This document shows positions 56,344 through 64,000 of a DNA stretch of 64,000 nt, in pieces. This DNA is from Chthoniobacteraceae bacterium. GTDB taxonomy: Bacteria > Verrucomicrobiota > Verrucomicrobiia > Chthoniobacterales > Chthoniobacteraceae. How positions within the stretch are numbered: the stretch's first letter is position 1; every line of letters begins with the position of its first letter. The stretch lies in NCBI GenBank assembly GCA_037190965.1, contig JBBCKI010000034.1:68519-132518 (forward strand), written 5' to 3'. The notes beneath the pieces are model-generated. The model ran no database searches and was not told the DNA's origin. It was given only the letters and a program-made list of their open reading frames with translations. Both the position numbers and the translations under genes were made by a program.

Positions 56344-58638
56344 TTAAAGGCGCTCCCGCTTCAACCGCAGCGCATTGCTGATAACGGAGACGCTGCTCAG
56401 TGCCATCGCGGCACTCGCGATCATTGGGTTTAGCAGCAAGCCGAAAGCAGGGTAGAGCACGCCTGCCGCAATCGGAACGCCGAGGGAGTTGTAGAGGAAG
56501 GCGAAGAGCAGGTTTTGGCGGATGTTCCGCATGGTGGCCCGGCTTAGGGCGATTGCGGCGACGATCCCGCGCAGGTCGCCCTTGATCAAGGTGACGCCCG
56601 CGCTTTCCATCGCCACATCGGTTCCGGTGCCCATGGCGATGCCGACGTCCGCCGCCGCAAGGGCAGGGGCGTCGTTGATACCGTCGCCCGCCATGGCGAC
56701 CCGATGGCCCGCATCTTTCAGGGCGGCGACTTTCTCATGTTTGTCCTTGGGGCTCACCCCGGCGATCACCTCGTCGATCCCAAGTTGCCCGCCGATCCGC
56801 CGGGCCGTCCCGGTATTGTCTCCCGTAAGCATCACTACCCGCAGTCCAAGCCGATGCAGAGCGGCGATGGCTTCCGGGGTGGTCGTCTTGATCGGGTCGG
56901 CCAAGGCCAGCAGCCCTGCCGCGCGTCCGTTCGCGGAAACGAAGATGACGGTGTTGCCCTCCTCCTGAAGGCGGGATGCTTCGGCTTCCAGTGCGTCCAT
57001 TCCTTCCACATTGCGGGATTGCAGGAGAGACGCTTGCCCTACCATGATTTGCCTGCCATCGACGGTTCCGATGACACCGCCGCCCGTGACGGACTCGAAA
57101 TTCCCGGCTCCATTCGGATTGATCCCTTTCTCCTTGGCGGCGCGGACGACCGCTGCGGCCAGCGGGTGTTCGCTATGTGCTTCGAGGGCGGCGGCCCATT
57201 GCAGCAGTTCGCTTTCGTTGATTCCTTCGACGGGCACGATGCGGGTCACGGTTGGTTTGCCTTCGGTGAGCGTCCCTGTCTTGTCCACGACGAGGACGTT
57301 GACTTTTTCGAGAATTTCCAGCGCTTCCGCGTTTTTGATGAGGACGCCTTCCTGTGCGCCCCTGCCGACACCGACCATGATCGACATCGGCGTTGCGAGG
57401 CCCAAAGCGCAGGGGCAGGCGATGATGAGAACGGCGACCGCGTTGATGAGGCCGTAGACAAGGCGAGGTTCCGGGCCGAACCAGAACCAGACTCCAAAGG
57501 TGATCAGGGCAACCGCGACAACCGCCGGGACGAACCAGCCCGCGACCGCATCGGCAAGGCGCTGGATCGGCGCGCGGCTCCGTTGCGCCTTGGCAACCAT
57601 CTCGACAATTTGAGCGAGCAAGGTTTCTGAGCCGACTCGCTGGGCTTCCATCAGCAAGCTCCCGTTTCCGTTGACGGTCCCCCCGGTGACGAGGTTTCCC
57701 GGCCCTTTGGCCACCGGCATCGGTTCGCCGGTAATCATCGATTCATCGACGGGACTGGCCCCATCCCGGACCACGCCATCGACCGGGATTTTTTCCCCGG
57801 GCTTGACGCGCAGGAGATCGCCCGGATGGACCGCCTCGAGCGGCACATCCTCTTCCACTCCGTCCCTGACTCGGTGGGCCGTCTTCGGCGTGAGCCCCAG
57901 CAGGGAGGCAATCGCGGCGTTGGTGCCCGCGCGGGCCTTGAGTTCCAGCACCTGCCCGAGCAGCACGAGCACGATGATCACCGCCGCCGCCTCAAAATAG
58001 ACGCCGATAGCACCTTCATGCATGAAGGTGTGCGGGAAGAGACCCGGAGCGATCAGCGCGACGAGGCTGTAAATAAAAGCCGCCGCCACCCCGAGGGCGA
58101 TCAGGGTGAACATATTGAGGCTACGGTGCACCAGCGATTGCCATCCGCGCACGAAGAATGGCCAGCCTGCCCAGAGAACGACCGGCGCGCTGAAAACCAA
58201 CTGAAGCCAGCCGGAGGTGATCGGACCGATGTCGCGAATCAACGGCAGCTTCCCGCCCATCGCAAGAATCAGGACCGGAATGGTCAGGGCCAGCCCGATC
58301 CAGAAGCGGCGCTGCATGTCACGAAGCTCCGTGTTTTCATCCTCCTCGGGCTGCGGGGCTGAAAGCGGCTCCAGAGCCATCCCGCAAATGGGGCATGCTC
58401 CCGGGTGATCCTGACGGATCTCCGGGTGCATCGGGCAGGTGTAGACTGCTTTCGGTTTCCATGTCGGGTTTCGCTCCAGCGCCATTCCACATTGCGGACA
58501 AGCTCCCGGGACATCCGATTCCACCCCGGGGCACATGGGGCAGATGAATTTTGCACTGGATGGCGTAGGAGAGGCGGTTTTGGGCCGGGCGTGCGATCCC
58601 CCCGAGCAGCATGATTTCTTCGGCGTTTCGGGATTCAT
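56344..58638 (-). CDS. copA: Copper/silver-translocating P1B-type ATPase
   Basis: Two CPM(C/H)P...PGACP.CGMAL domains, TGE, CPC, DKTGT, SEHPL, GDGIND, YN and MALSS. GGAGG RBS and ATGA overlap with the regulator. Confidence 0.92.
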   Translation of the reverse strand: MNPETPKKSCCSGGSHARPKTASPTPSSAKFICPMCPGVESDVPGACPQCGMALERNPTWKPKAVYTCPMHPEIRQDHPGACPICGMALEPLSAPQPEEDENTELRDMQRRFWIGLALTIPVLILAMGGKLPLIRDIGPITSGWLQLVFSAPVVLWAGWPFFVRGWQSLVHRSLNMFTLIALGVAAAFIYSLVALIAPGLFPHTFMHEGAIGVYFEAAAVIIVLVLLGQVLELKARAGTNAAIASLLGLTPKTAHRVRDGVEEDVPLEAVHPGDLLRVKPGEKIPVDGVVRDGASPVDESMITGEPMPVAKGPGNLVTGGTVNGNGSLLMEAQRVGSETLLAQIVEMVAKAQRSRAPIQRLADAVAGWFVPAVVAVALITFGVWFWFGPEPRLVYGLINAVAVLIIACPCALGLATPMSIMVGVGRGAQEGVLIKNAEALEILEKVNVLVVDKTGTLTEGKPTVTRIVPVEGINESELLQWAAALEAHSEHPLAAAVVRAAKEKGINPNGAGNFESVTGGGVIGTVDGRQIMVGQASLLQSRNVEGMDALEAEASRLQEEGNTVIFVSANGRAAGLLALADPIKTTTPEAIAALHRLGLRVVMLTGDNTGTARRIGGQLGIDEVIAGVSPKDKHEKVAALKDAGHRVAMAGDGINDAPALAAADVGIAMGTGTDVAMESAGVTLIKGDLRGIVAAIALSRATMRNIRQNLLFAFLYNSLGVPIAAGVLYPAFGLLLNPMIASAAMALSSVSVISNALRLKRERL

Positions 58639-59087
58639 TTCGTACCTCCTGCCTTGCAGCCATTCGCTGTGGAGCGCCTTCCTTCCATCGCTTGAAGGAT
58701 GGGGCATTCGCTGGTGGTGCCGTGCCCGTCGCAGGCGGAACTGATTGCTTCCAGCGCCTGTTTCATTTGCTTCAAGTCGCGGATCTTCGCGGTGATGGCT
58801 TCGATCTTCTGTTCGGCAAGCTGCTTTACGGCCAGGTTGCTCTTCTTGGGCAATGCCCGCAGTGAGAGTAGCTCTTTAATTTCGCGAAGGGTGAACCCAA
58901 GGTTCTGCGCGCGCCGGATAAAGACGAGCCGTTGCGCGTCCGCCTCATCGTATTGACGGTAACCCGAAGCATTGCGTTCGGGGGCGGGGAGCAGCCCTTT
59001 GTTTTCGTAAAAGCGGATCGTCTCAAGGTTGACGCCCGCTTCCCGGGCCAACCCGCTGCGAGTCAAAATTTGAAGTGGGTTTTGCAC
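58635..59087 (-). CDS. MerR-family heavy-metal-responsive regulator
   Basis: [37 protein letters not shown]; metal loop [13 protein letters not shown]. Confidence 0.93.
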   Translation of the reverse strand: MQNPLQILTRSGLAREAGVNLETIRFYENKGLLPAPERNASGYRQYDEADAQRLVFIRRAQNLGFTLREIKELLSLRALPKKSNLAVKQLAEQKIEAITAKIRDLKQMKQALEAISSACDGHGTTSECPILQAMEGRRSTANGCKAGGTK

Positions 59088-59093
59088 GTCTCT

Positions 59094-59125
59094 AACCTGG
59101 TCTCTGTAGTAAACTACAGGGTCAA
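59094..59125 (-). promoter_or_regulatory. MerR-type promoter/operator (TTGACC-N20-CAGGTT with dyad CTGTAGT-N2-ACTACAG)
   Basis: Perfect dyad at 59104-59119 directly after -35 TTGACC, with the long spacer typical of MerR-family promoters. Confidence 0.85.
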
Positions 59126-59158
59126 ATGGTTTTTTAAACTGGAATTACAAAACTGGCC

Positions 59159-59320
59159 GGTGCGGCAGCACCGCTAGCACGCTCGCGCTGTCGAGCGCGG
59201 GTATCGGCTCCCGTGGTTTCATGAGGGCCCATCCAAATACCAGCAGCCCGTCCTGCGGGGGGATGACCGCAAAACGCGACTCTTCAGCGATCCCGCGCTC
59301 GGCGGCGCGAGCGGGCTACC
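59159..59320 (+). repeat. REPIN-like element, family 1 copy 6
   Basis: GGTGCGGCAGCACCGCTAG-CACGCTCGCGCTGTCGAGCGCGGG ... CGAGCGGG-CTACC. Confidence 0.95.
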
Positions 59321-59338
59321 TTGCATTCTTAAACCTGC

Positions 59339-61792
59339 CTACGCAGGACCGGAGACCGCGCTCGATAGCGCCGCAGCCGCCGGGCGGGGGGAGGTGAAGC
59401 TCAGGATGATATGGAGCCCCAGGAGAATGTCGGTCAGGTCCCGGGTATCGGCACCGTCTGTTCCCCACTGCTCATTGCAGATCTTGAGATACCAGACGCC
59501 GATGGCCGCCCTGCGATCGCGTTCCAGGAGATTCTGCATGGCGTTGTTCGGATCGAGGGTGAGGGGAAGGCGGTGGATGAACTGGACTAGGTGCAACCCC
59601 AGATGCAACTGAAGCTCCGCGCAACGCTTCACTTCGCCCTCATGGTAAGCGGTTTCAATCAGCTCTAGCGTTTCCAGTTGTCGGATGGCGAGCGGAAACT
59701 GTTTTTTGACGATGCGGGTGAGATCTTGAATCACCTTGCCTGCGCCGCTCCCGGCTTCCTCCATTTCCGCGATGAGGAGTTGGTAGAAGGCCTCGCGCTT
59801 ACCGAGGAGATCGCCCGCCGCCACGGCCAACGCGCGTTTGAGCATCCGGTTGGGCACGGCGCGCATTTGCGGGATGATCTGGTAAGCCGCCGAGAGTTCG
59901 CCCAAAGCGGCCAGCGCCTCGCTGGAGGCAGCCAGCACCTTGCTGTCGCGGTTTTGAGTAATCAGATTGAGCAGATGAGGAATGGCGCGGCGGTCGCCGA
60001 TTTTCCCGAGGGTTCGCGCGCACTCGCTCAGGCTTTCTCGGTCGTTCCCCTGCAAACGGCGCAACAGCGGCTCCACGCAGCGGGCATCGCCGCAGTGCCG
60101 CAAGGCGCGGCAGATCTGGGGGACGGCGTCGCAGGCGGGGTCGTCGAGTTTTTTCAGGAGAGCCTCGACGGCATCCGGGGTGCCGATGGAACCGAGGGCT
60201 TCAATGGCTTCTTCCTGCACGGTCATGGCGGGGTCGTCGAGCTGTTCCGCCAACTCCGGAACGGCCATTTCGCTTTTGCGAACACCCAGCCTTCGCGCGG
60301 CTTCCGCGCGTTCATGCGCGGGGGAGGAGGCCGAGATGATCTGGAGATTGTAGAAGTTGCGAATCGCGTTGACCGGATTTGTCAGGAGCATCCGGGAGAC
60401 GGCGTCACTGAAAGCGACTTGATCGAGCGGCGCACGGATGGCGAGAGCCAGCGGCAGCGCGGCGGTCCACGCCAGAAGGGCAAAGATTACCACGATGATG
60501 TGGAGATACGAAACGGCAGTGCCGTTGGGCAGGGTGAGCGAAAACCCCTGGGCTACCCACCAGTCCATGATCCATCCGCCGGTGAGCGCGCCCGCCCCGG
60601 CGATCAGCCCGACCAGCGACCAGTGCATCGCCATGGAGATCGTCCGTCCGCTGGCTTGCGACAGGGCGGCCGCCAGTCGGAGCTGGCATGGAGCCAAGCC
60701 TGAGAAAAGGCTGCCGGAAAAGAATCCCGCCAGAACCTGGACGGCCGCCACCTGGGGCAGGGTCCACGGGCCGAACCATGGCAGGTGAAACGTGAGATTT
60801 CCCGGGTGAACGAAGAACCACGCCGCCGCCGGGAGCGGGGAGAGGAGCATCAAAATGGCGCAAAGCACCCTTGGGCCGAGGCGGTCGATCAACGCGCCGA
60901 AAAGATAACTGGTCGCCACCGAGCCGAGCGAACCGGCAACGGTGACCGCCGCGACGTGGGTGTAGGTGACCGGGAAGCTCCGCTTGAAGTAAACCAGCGC
61001 GAACGCGGCGAACATCGTTCCGCCGAAAGACCATGCCCCGAGGGAGAGGGTCAGCAATCGGAAATCACGGCTGCGTAGCGGCTTTAATAGTCGTTGAAAA
61101 ATGCCGGTGTCCGTGGGCTTCGGGGCCGGTCGGGGTTCCTTGACTCTCAGGTGGATCAGGATGTCGGCAAGACCGAAGACCGCAGCGATGCCGAACACCA
61201 GCGCGAACCCGCCCGGGCTGGTGGTGTTGGTGGTGGGGTTGCGGAAGAGGTCGAGCGTGTAGCCTGCAAAAGCCATTCCCAGCAGCGAGGCGGCCATGCC
61301 GATGCTCTGACGGCGGCCCCAGAATTTTCCCGCATTTTTGGCGGGGATGAGATCGGCCAGCCAGCTTAGCCAGCTTGAGGTTGCTGCGTTGGCCAGAATG
61401 TCGCTCAGCGCCACCAGCGAGATGATCAGGGCCGGGAGCCAACCCGCTTCGGGCTTCCAGAGGAGCGCCGCCCCCGCGATGGCAAACCAGACCCCGCGAT
61501 GAATGAGCGCCACGATGCCCCAAAAGCGTTTGCGGGAGCCGAGCCGGTCGGAGATGAACGCCCCCGGGATCTGTGCCGTCATCGCCATCAGGCGCACGGT
61601 CATCAGCAGGCCGATCAGAAAACCGCTTGCGCCCATCGCTTCCATGAACATCGTCAACGGCATTCCGATGCTCATCACGATCCAGATATTGCCAAACGTG
61701 CCGGCGGCAATGCTGACTCGCATCGCTTGTTGGATTTGCGGCGGAGTAATCCGGCGGCCTTCGGTATCGACCAGGGAAGGAGGGTGGGGCAT
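59339..61792 (-). CDS. MFS transporter fused to C-terminal HEAT/PBS-lyase repeats
   Basis: About 12 TM segments with SDRLGSRKR and GALIDRLGPR loops; then EAARRLG, AIEALGSIG, RTLGKIGDRRAIPHL repeats. Confidence 0.85.
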   Translation of the reverse strand: MPHPPSLVDTEGRRITPPQIQQAMRVSIAAGTFGNIWIVMSIGMPLTMFMEAMGASGFLIGLLMTVRLMAMTAQIPGAFISDRLGSRKRFWGIVALIHRGVWFAIAGAALLWKPEAGWLPALIISLVALSDILANAATSSWLSWLADLIPAKNAGKFWGRRQSIGMAASLLGMAFAGYTLDLFRNPTTNTTSPGGFALVFGIAAVFGLADILIHLRVKEPRPAPKPTDTGIFQRLLKPLRSRDFRLLTLSLGAWSFGGTMFAAFALVYFKRSFPVTYTHVAAVTVAGSLGSVATSYLFGALIDRLGPRVLCAILMLLSPLPAAAWFFVHPGNLTFHLPWFGPWTLPQVAAVQVLAGFFSGSLFSGLAPCQLRLAAALSQASGRTISMAMHWSLVGLIAGAGALTGGWIMDWWVAQGFSLTLPNGTAVSYLHIIVVIFALLAWTAALPLALAIRAPLDQVAFSDAVSRMLLTNPVNAIRNFYNLQIISASSPAHERAEAARRLGVRKSEMAVPELAEQLDDPAMTVQEEAIEALGSIGTPDAVEALLKKLDDPACDAVPQICRALRHCGDARCVEPLLRRLQGNDRESLSECARTLGKIGDRRAIPHLLNLITQNRDSKVLAASSEALAALGELSAAYQIIPQMRAVPNRMLKRALAVAAGDLLGKREAFYQLLIAEMEEAGSGAGKVIQDLTRIVKKQFPLAIRQLETLELIETAYHEGEVKRCAELQLHLGLHLVQFIHRLPLTLDPNNAMQNLLERDRRAAIGVWYLKICNEQWGTDGADTRDLTDILLGLHIILSFTSPRPAAAALSSAVSGPA

Positions 61793-61923
61793 GTTCTGCG
61801 CGCAAGGAAAAATTTCCCGCGCCTCGGGTAAGGGTAGATAAGCCCCAACCGGTCTGCGGTGCACTCTTTTTCCGCACGAAAAATTTCAGGCGATTTTTCG
61901 CCCCAAACGCGTAATATCTCACG

Positions 61924-62532
61924 ATGCTGGAAACACCCCGTATTCTCGCTTTTGCCGGTAGTCTGAGAACCGGATCCTACAACAAGCGATTGATCAAAAT
62001 CGCCGCCGACGCCACAAGGAACGCTGGAGCGGAGGTGACATTGATCGACCTGCTCGACTTTCCGCTGCCGGTTCTGAATCAGGACGACGAGGACGCGCAT
62101 GGGCTCCCGGAGAACGCCAAAAAACTCAAGACGCTTTTCCGCAATCACCATGGCCTTCTCATCTCTTCAGCCGAATACAACAGTTCCATTCCCGGCGTGC
62201 TGAAGAATGTGATCGACTGGGTCTCCCGCTCCGAAAGCGACGACGAGCCCTCGCTCGTGGCTTATACCGGGAAAACGTGCGCTCTCATCAGCGCCTCGCC
62301 GGGGGGGCTGGGCGGTCTGCGCGCGTTGGTGCATGTCCGGTCGATCCTCGGGAACATCGGCACTTTCGTGCTGCCGGGCCAGGTTTCGATTTCCAGCGCT
62401 CATGAGGCTTTCGAAGAGCGGGAGCCGGGGGCTCTCCCTGTGTTGAAGGATGCCCGTAAGCAGAAGCAGGTGGAAAAACTGGCGCGCGAGCTGGTGGAAA
62501 CGACGCGCCGTCTTGAGCCGCCGATACGGTAA
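61924..62532 (+). CDS. NADPH-dependent FMN reductase
   Basis: GSLRTGSYN, AEYNSSIPGVLKNVIDWVSR, SASPGGLGG. Confidence 0.92.
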   Translation: MLETPRILAFAGSLRTGSYNKRLIKIAADATRNAGAEVTLIDLLDFPLPVLNQDDEDAHGLPENAKKLKTLFRNHHGLLISSAEYNSSIPGVLKNVIDWVSRSESDDEPSLVAYTGKTCALISASPGGLGGLRALVHVRSILGNIGTFVLPGQVSISSAHEAFEEREPGALPVLKDARKQKQVEKLARELVETTRRLEPPIR

Positions 62533-62571
62533 AGAGTTCCGACAAGCCTGTCCTGCGGTCCGGAATAGGAA

Positions 62572-62651
62572 GATCTCGCGCCAAGGACGGCGAGGTCACC
62601 AAGAAGAAAAGGTTTGAACCTTGGCGGGCTTGGCGAGCTTGGCGCGAAATC
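62572..62651. repeat. Nonamer-based inverted repeat between convergent genes (possible bidirectional terminator)
   Basis: GATCTCGCGCCAAG... paired with CTTGGCGGG CTTGGCGAG CTTGGCGCG AAATC. Confidence 0.6.
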
Positions 62652-63361
62652 TAACCGCCAAATTTTGCCCAAAGCTCGCGCATCGCCGGTCCGATGGAGC
62701 GCGACTCGGGAGCCATCAGTTGAAGGCACCCGCCGATGATCATGAGCAGAATCGCGGCGACTGCGGCCGTCGTCCAGGTTTGGCGAACGGCGGTTCCGAG
62801 CCAGTGTTCGCTGGAGGCGATGCGCAGGCGGCGATAGAGCATTGAGACCAGAAACAGGTCCAGAAAGACCTCGGCGATGAGGGCTGGCGCTGCAAACACC
62901 GTGAACGCCAATGTGCACACGAGGCCGATGGCGGCCCCAACGAGAATGATCGGGAGACACCCTTCGTCGAAAAAATCGACGCCGAAGTCGGGAATGTCGA
63001 GGTAGTCGAGCCATCCCGATTTTCCTTCAGACGTCCGGACGAGGTCCGAATCCGACAGGGAGGCCGGTGCTTTCTGAAGATCAAGCTTGTCGATTTCCTC
63101 GGGGGCAAATCTTGCCTTTTCGATTTCCACCCAGCCGCGCAGAAGAAGGAGAAAGAACCCGTATGCGCCGAGAACGGCCACCGGATAACGAAGCCACATC
63201 GCCGCGAAGTCAGCCTTCAGGAGTCCGAAGGAGATGAGGAACCCGAAGCCGCCGGTCAACGCCAACAACACGCTGAGCGTTATTTTTGGGAAACTCCGTT
63301 TGTGGAAATAGGCCTCCAGCGCGGCTCGCGCCCGGTTCCGCCACTTTATTTTCTCATTCAT
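62651..63361 (-). CDS. Hypothetical membrane protein
   Basis: ATG 63361; several TM segments, APALIAEV motif. Confidence 0.7.
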   Translation of the reverse strand: MNEKIKWRNRARAALEAYFHKRSFPKITLSVLLALTGGFGFLISFGLLKADFAAMWLRYPVAVLGAYGFFLLLLRGWVEIEKARFAPEEIDKLDLQKAPASLSDSDLVRTSEGKSGWLDYLDIPDFGVDFFDEGCLPIILVGAAIGLVCTLAFTVFAAPALIAEVFLDLFLVSMLYRRLRIASSEHWLGTAVRQTWTTAAVAAILLMIIGGCLQLMAPESRSIGPAMRELWAKFGG

Positions 63362-63472
63362 TCCGGGCCGCGAGAGTATCGTCGACGCCTCTGTTTGGCA
63401 ACGGATCGCGCGCAAAAGCTTTTTTTCGCTACCCAAGCGCGTCGAAACGGGACACTTTGGAGGAGTAATTTT

Positions 63473-63946
63473 ATGAGCAGCGAGGAGCAAAACAAACTGT
63501 TTGGCGGGAAAGCCGCCGTCATTCTGGGGGCCGTGATGCTGGCCGGTTTTGGCGTGCTTTCCGCCTTTGCCGCGCTGGACCGGCGGGAACGCGCGACGCT
63601 GGAGCAACTGGATCAACCGACCGCGGCGGGCGATACCGTGGTTTACCAGCTTCCTGCGGCTGCGCCAATTCCCGAAGGCGGGGAGAAGCCGGCGCCGATC
63701 GCTGTGCTGACGCGCGACGGGGTGCCGCTCTTCGACCGTGGCGAGGACGACTATTCCGACGGGACGATGATGAAGGCGGGGATGGACGATGCAGGGAAGA
63801 TCCCGCTATATCGGCGCCTCCGCGGGGGGAAATTGAAAGAGAGCTTTTACCTCAAGCTCGGGCCCGAACGATTTCTGGAGCTTGGCCCCGCGAAGGCGGT
63901 AAAGGTGGACAAACCGGCAGAGCCTACGAGCGAGAATCAGGAATAG
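63473..63946 (+). CDS. Hypothetical membrane-anchored protein
   Basis: GGAG RBS, ATG 63473, N-terminal TM helix. Confidence 0.65.
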   Translation: MSSEEQNKLFGGKAAVILGAVMLAGFGVLSAFAALDRRERATLEQLDQPTAAGDTVVYQLPAAAPIPEGGEKPAPIAVLTRDGVPLFDRGEDDYSDGTMMKAGMDDAGKIPLYRRLRGGKLKESFYLKLGPERFLELGPAKAVKVDKPAEPTSENQE

Positions 63947-63971
63947 GCCGGTTCTTCGCTCGAAGGCAGTC

Positions 63972-64000
63972 GGTGCGGCAGCACCGGTAGCACGCTCGCG
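63972..64000 (+). repeat. REPIN-like element, family 1 copy 7 (truncated by window edge)
   Basis: GGTGCGGCAGCACCGGTAGCACGCTCGCG, identical to the start of copy 5. Confidence 0.9.

Noticed and set aside
18226..64000. Family-1 repeats as a CRISPR array or integron attC sites
   Set aside because: Copies are dispersed by kilobases and 150-175 bp long with no unique short spacers. They lack RYYYAAC/GTTRRRY ends, and no cas or intI gene is present.

Overview
High-GC bacterial chromosome segment, most likely Verrucomicrobiota/PVC. This is inferred from three PEP-CTERM proteins, two H-X9-DG prepilin-like proteins, DUF4838 proteins and EF-P with a PGNL loop. The left end (1-14164) is a glycan-utilisation operon with GH36/27-like, GH20, an unusual ABC permease pair, a double FAD oxidoreductase and an SGNH esterase. 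It is followed by NUDIX-tatC-TolC-adaptor and a PEP-CTERM subtilase. Two further ~8-9 kb accessory modules (A: 20.6-29.4 kb, +; B: 36.2-43.6 kb, -) share one parts list in different order: LacI regulator with tandem CG-centred operators, PEP-CTERM surface protein, H-X9-DG prepilin-like protein, secreted beta-sandwich protein, DUF4838 GH-like protein and a cytoplasmic oxidoreductase, with no TonB receptor or SusD. I read them as a PUL-analogous system. Each module is bracketed by inverted copies of a REP/REPIN-like palindromic element. A GTAG-type family (~150-175 bp) occurs 7 times, and a second CTCGTT family has been hit by an IS1182 element exactly in a hairpin loop. Housekeeping and other genes: efp, kdsD-like, lspA, ileS, aas, an M20 deacetylase, a PAS histidine kinase, a MerR-family/copA cassette, an MFS-HEAT fusion, an ankyrin protein and an FMN reductase. 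No rRNA, tRNA or CRISPR array was seen. All family calls come from motif recognition by eye; no searches were run.
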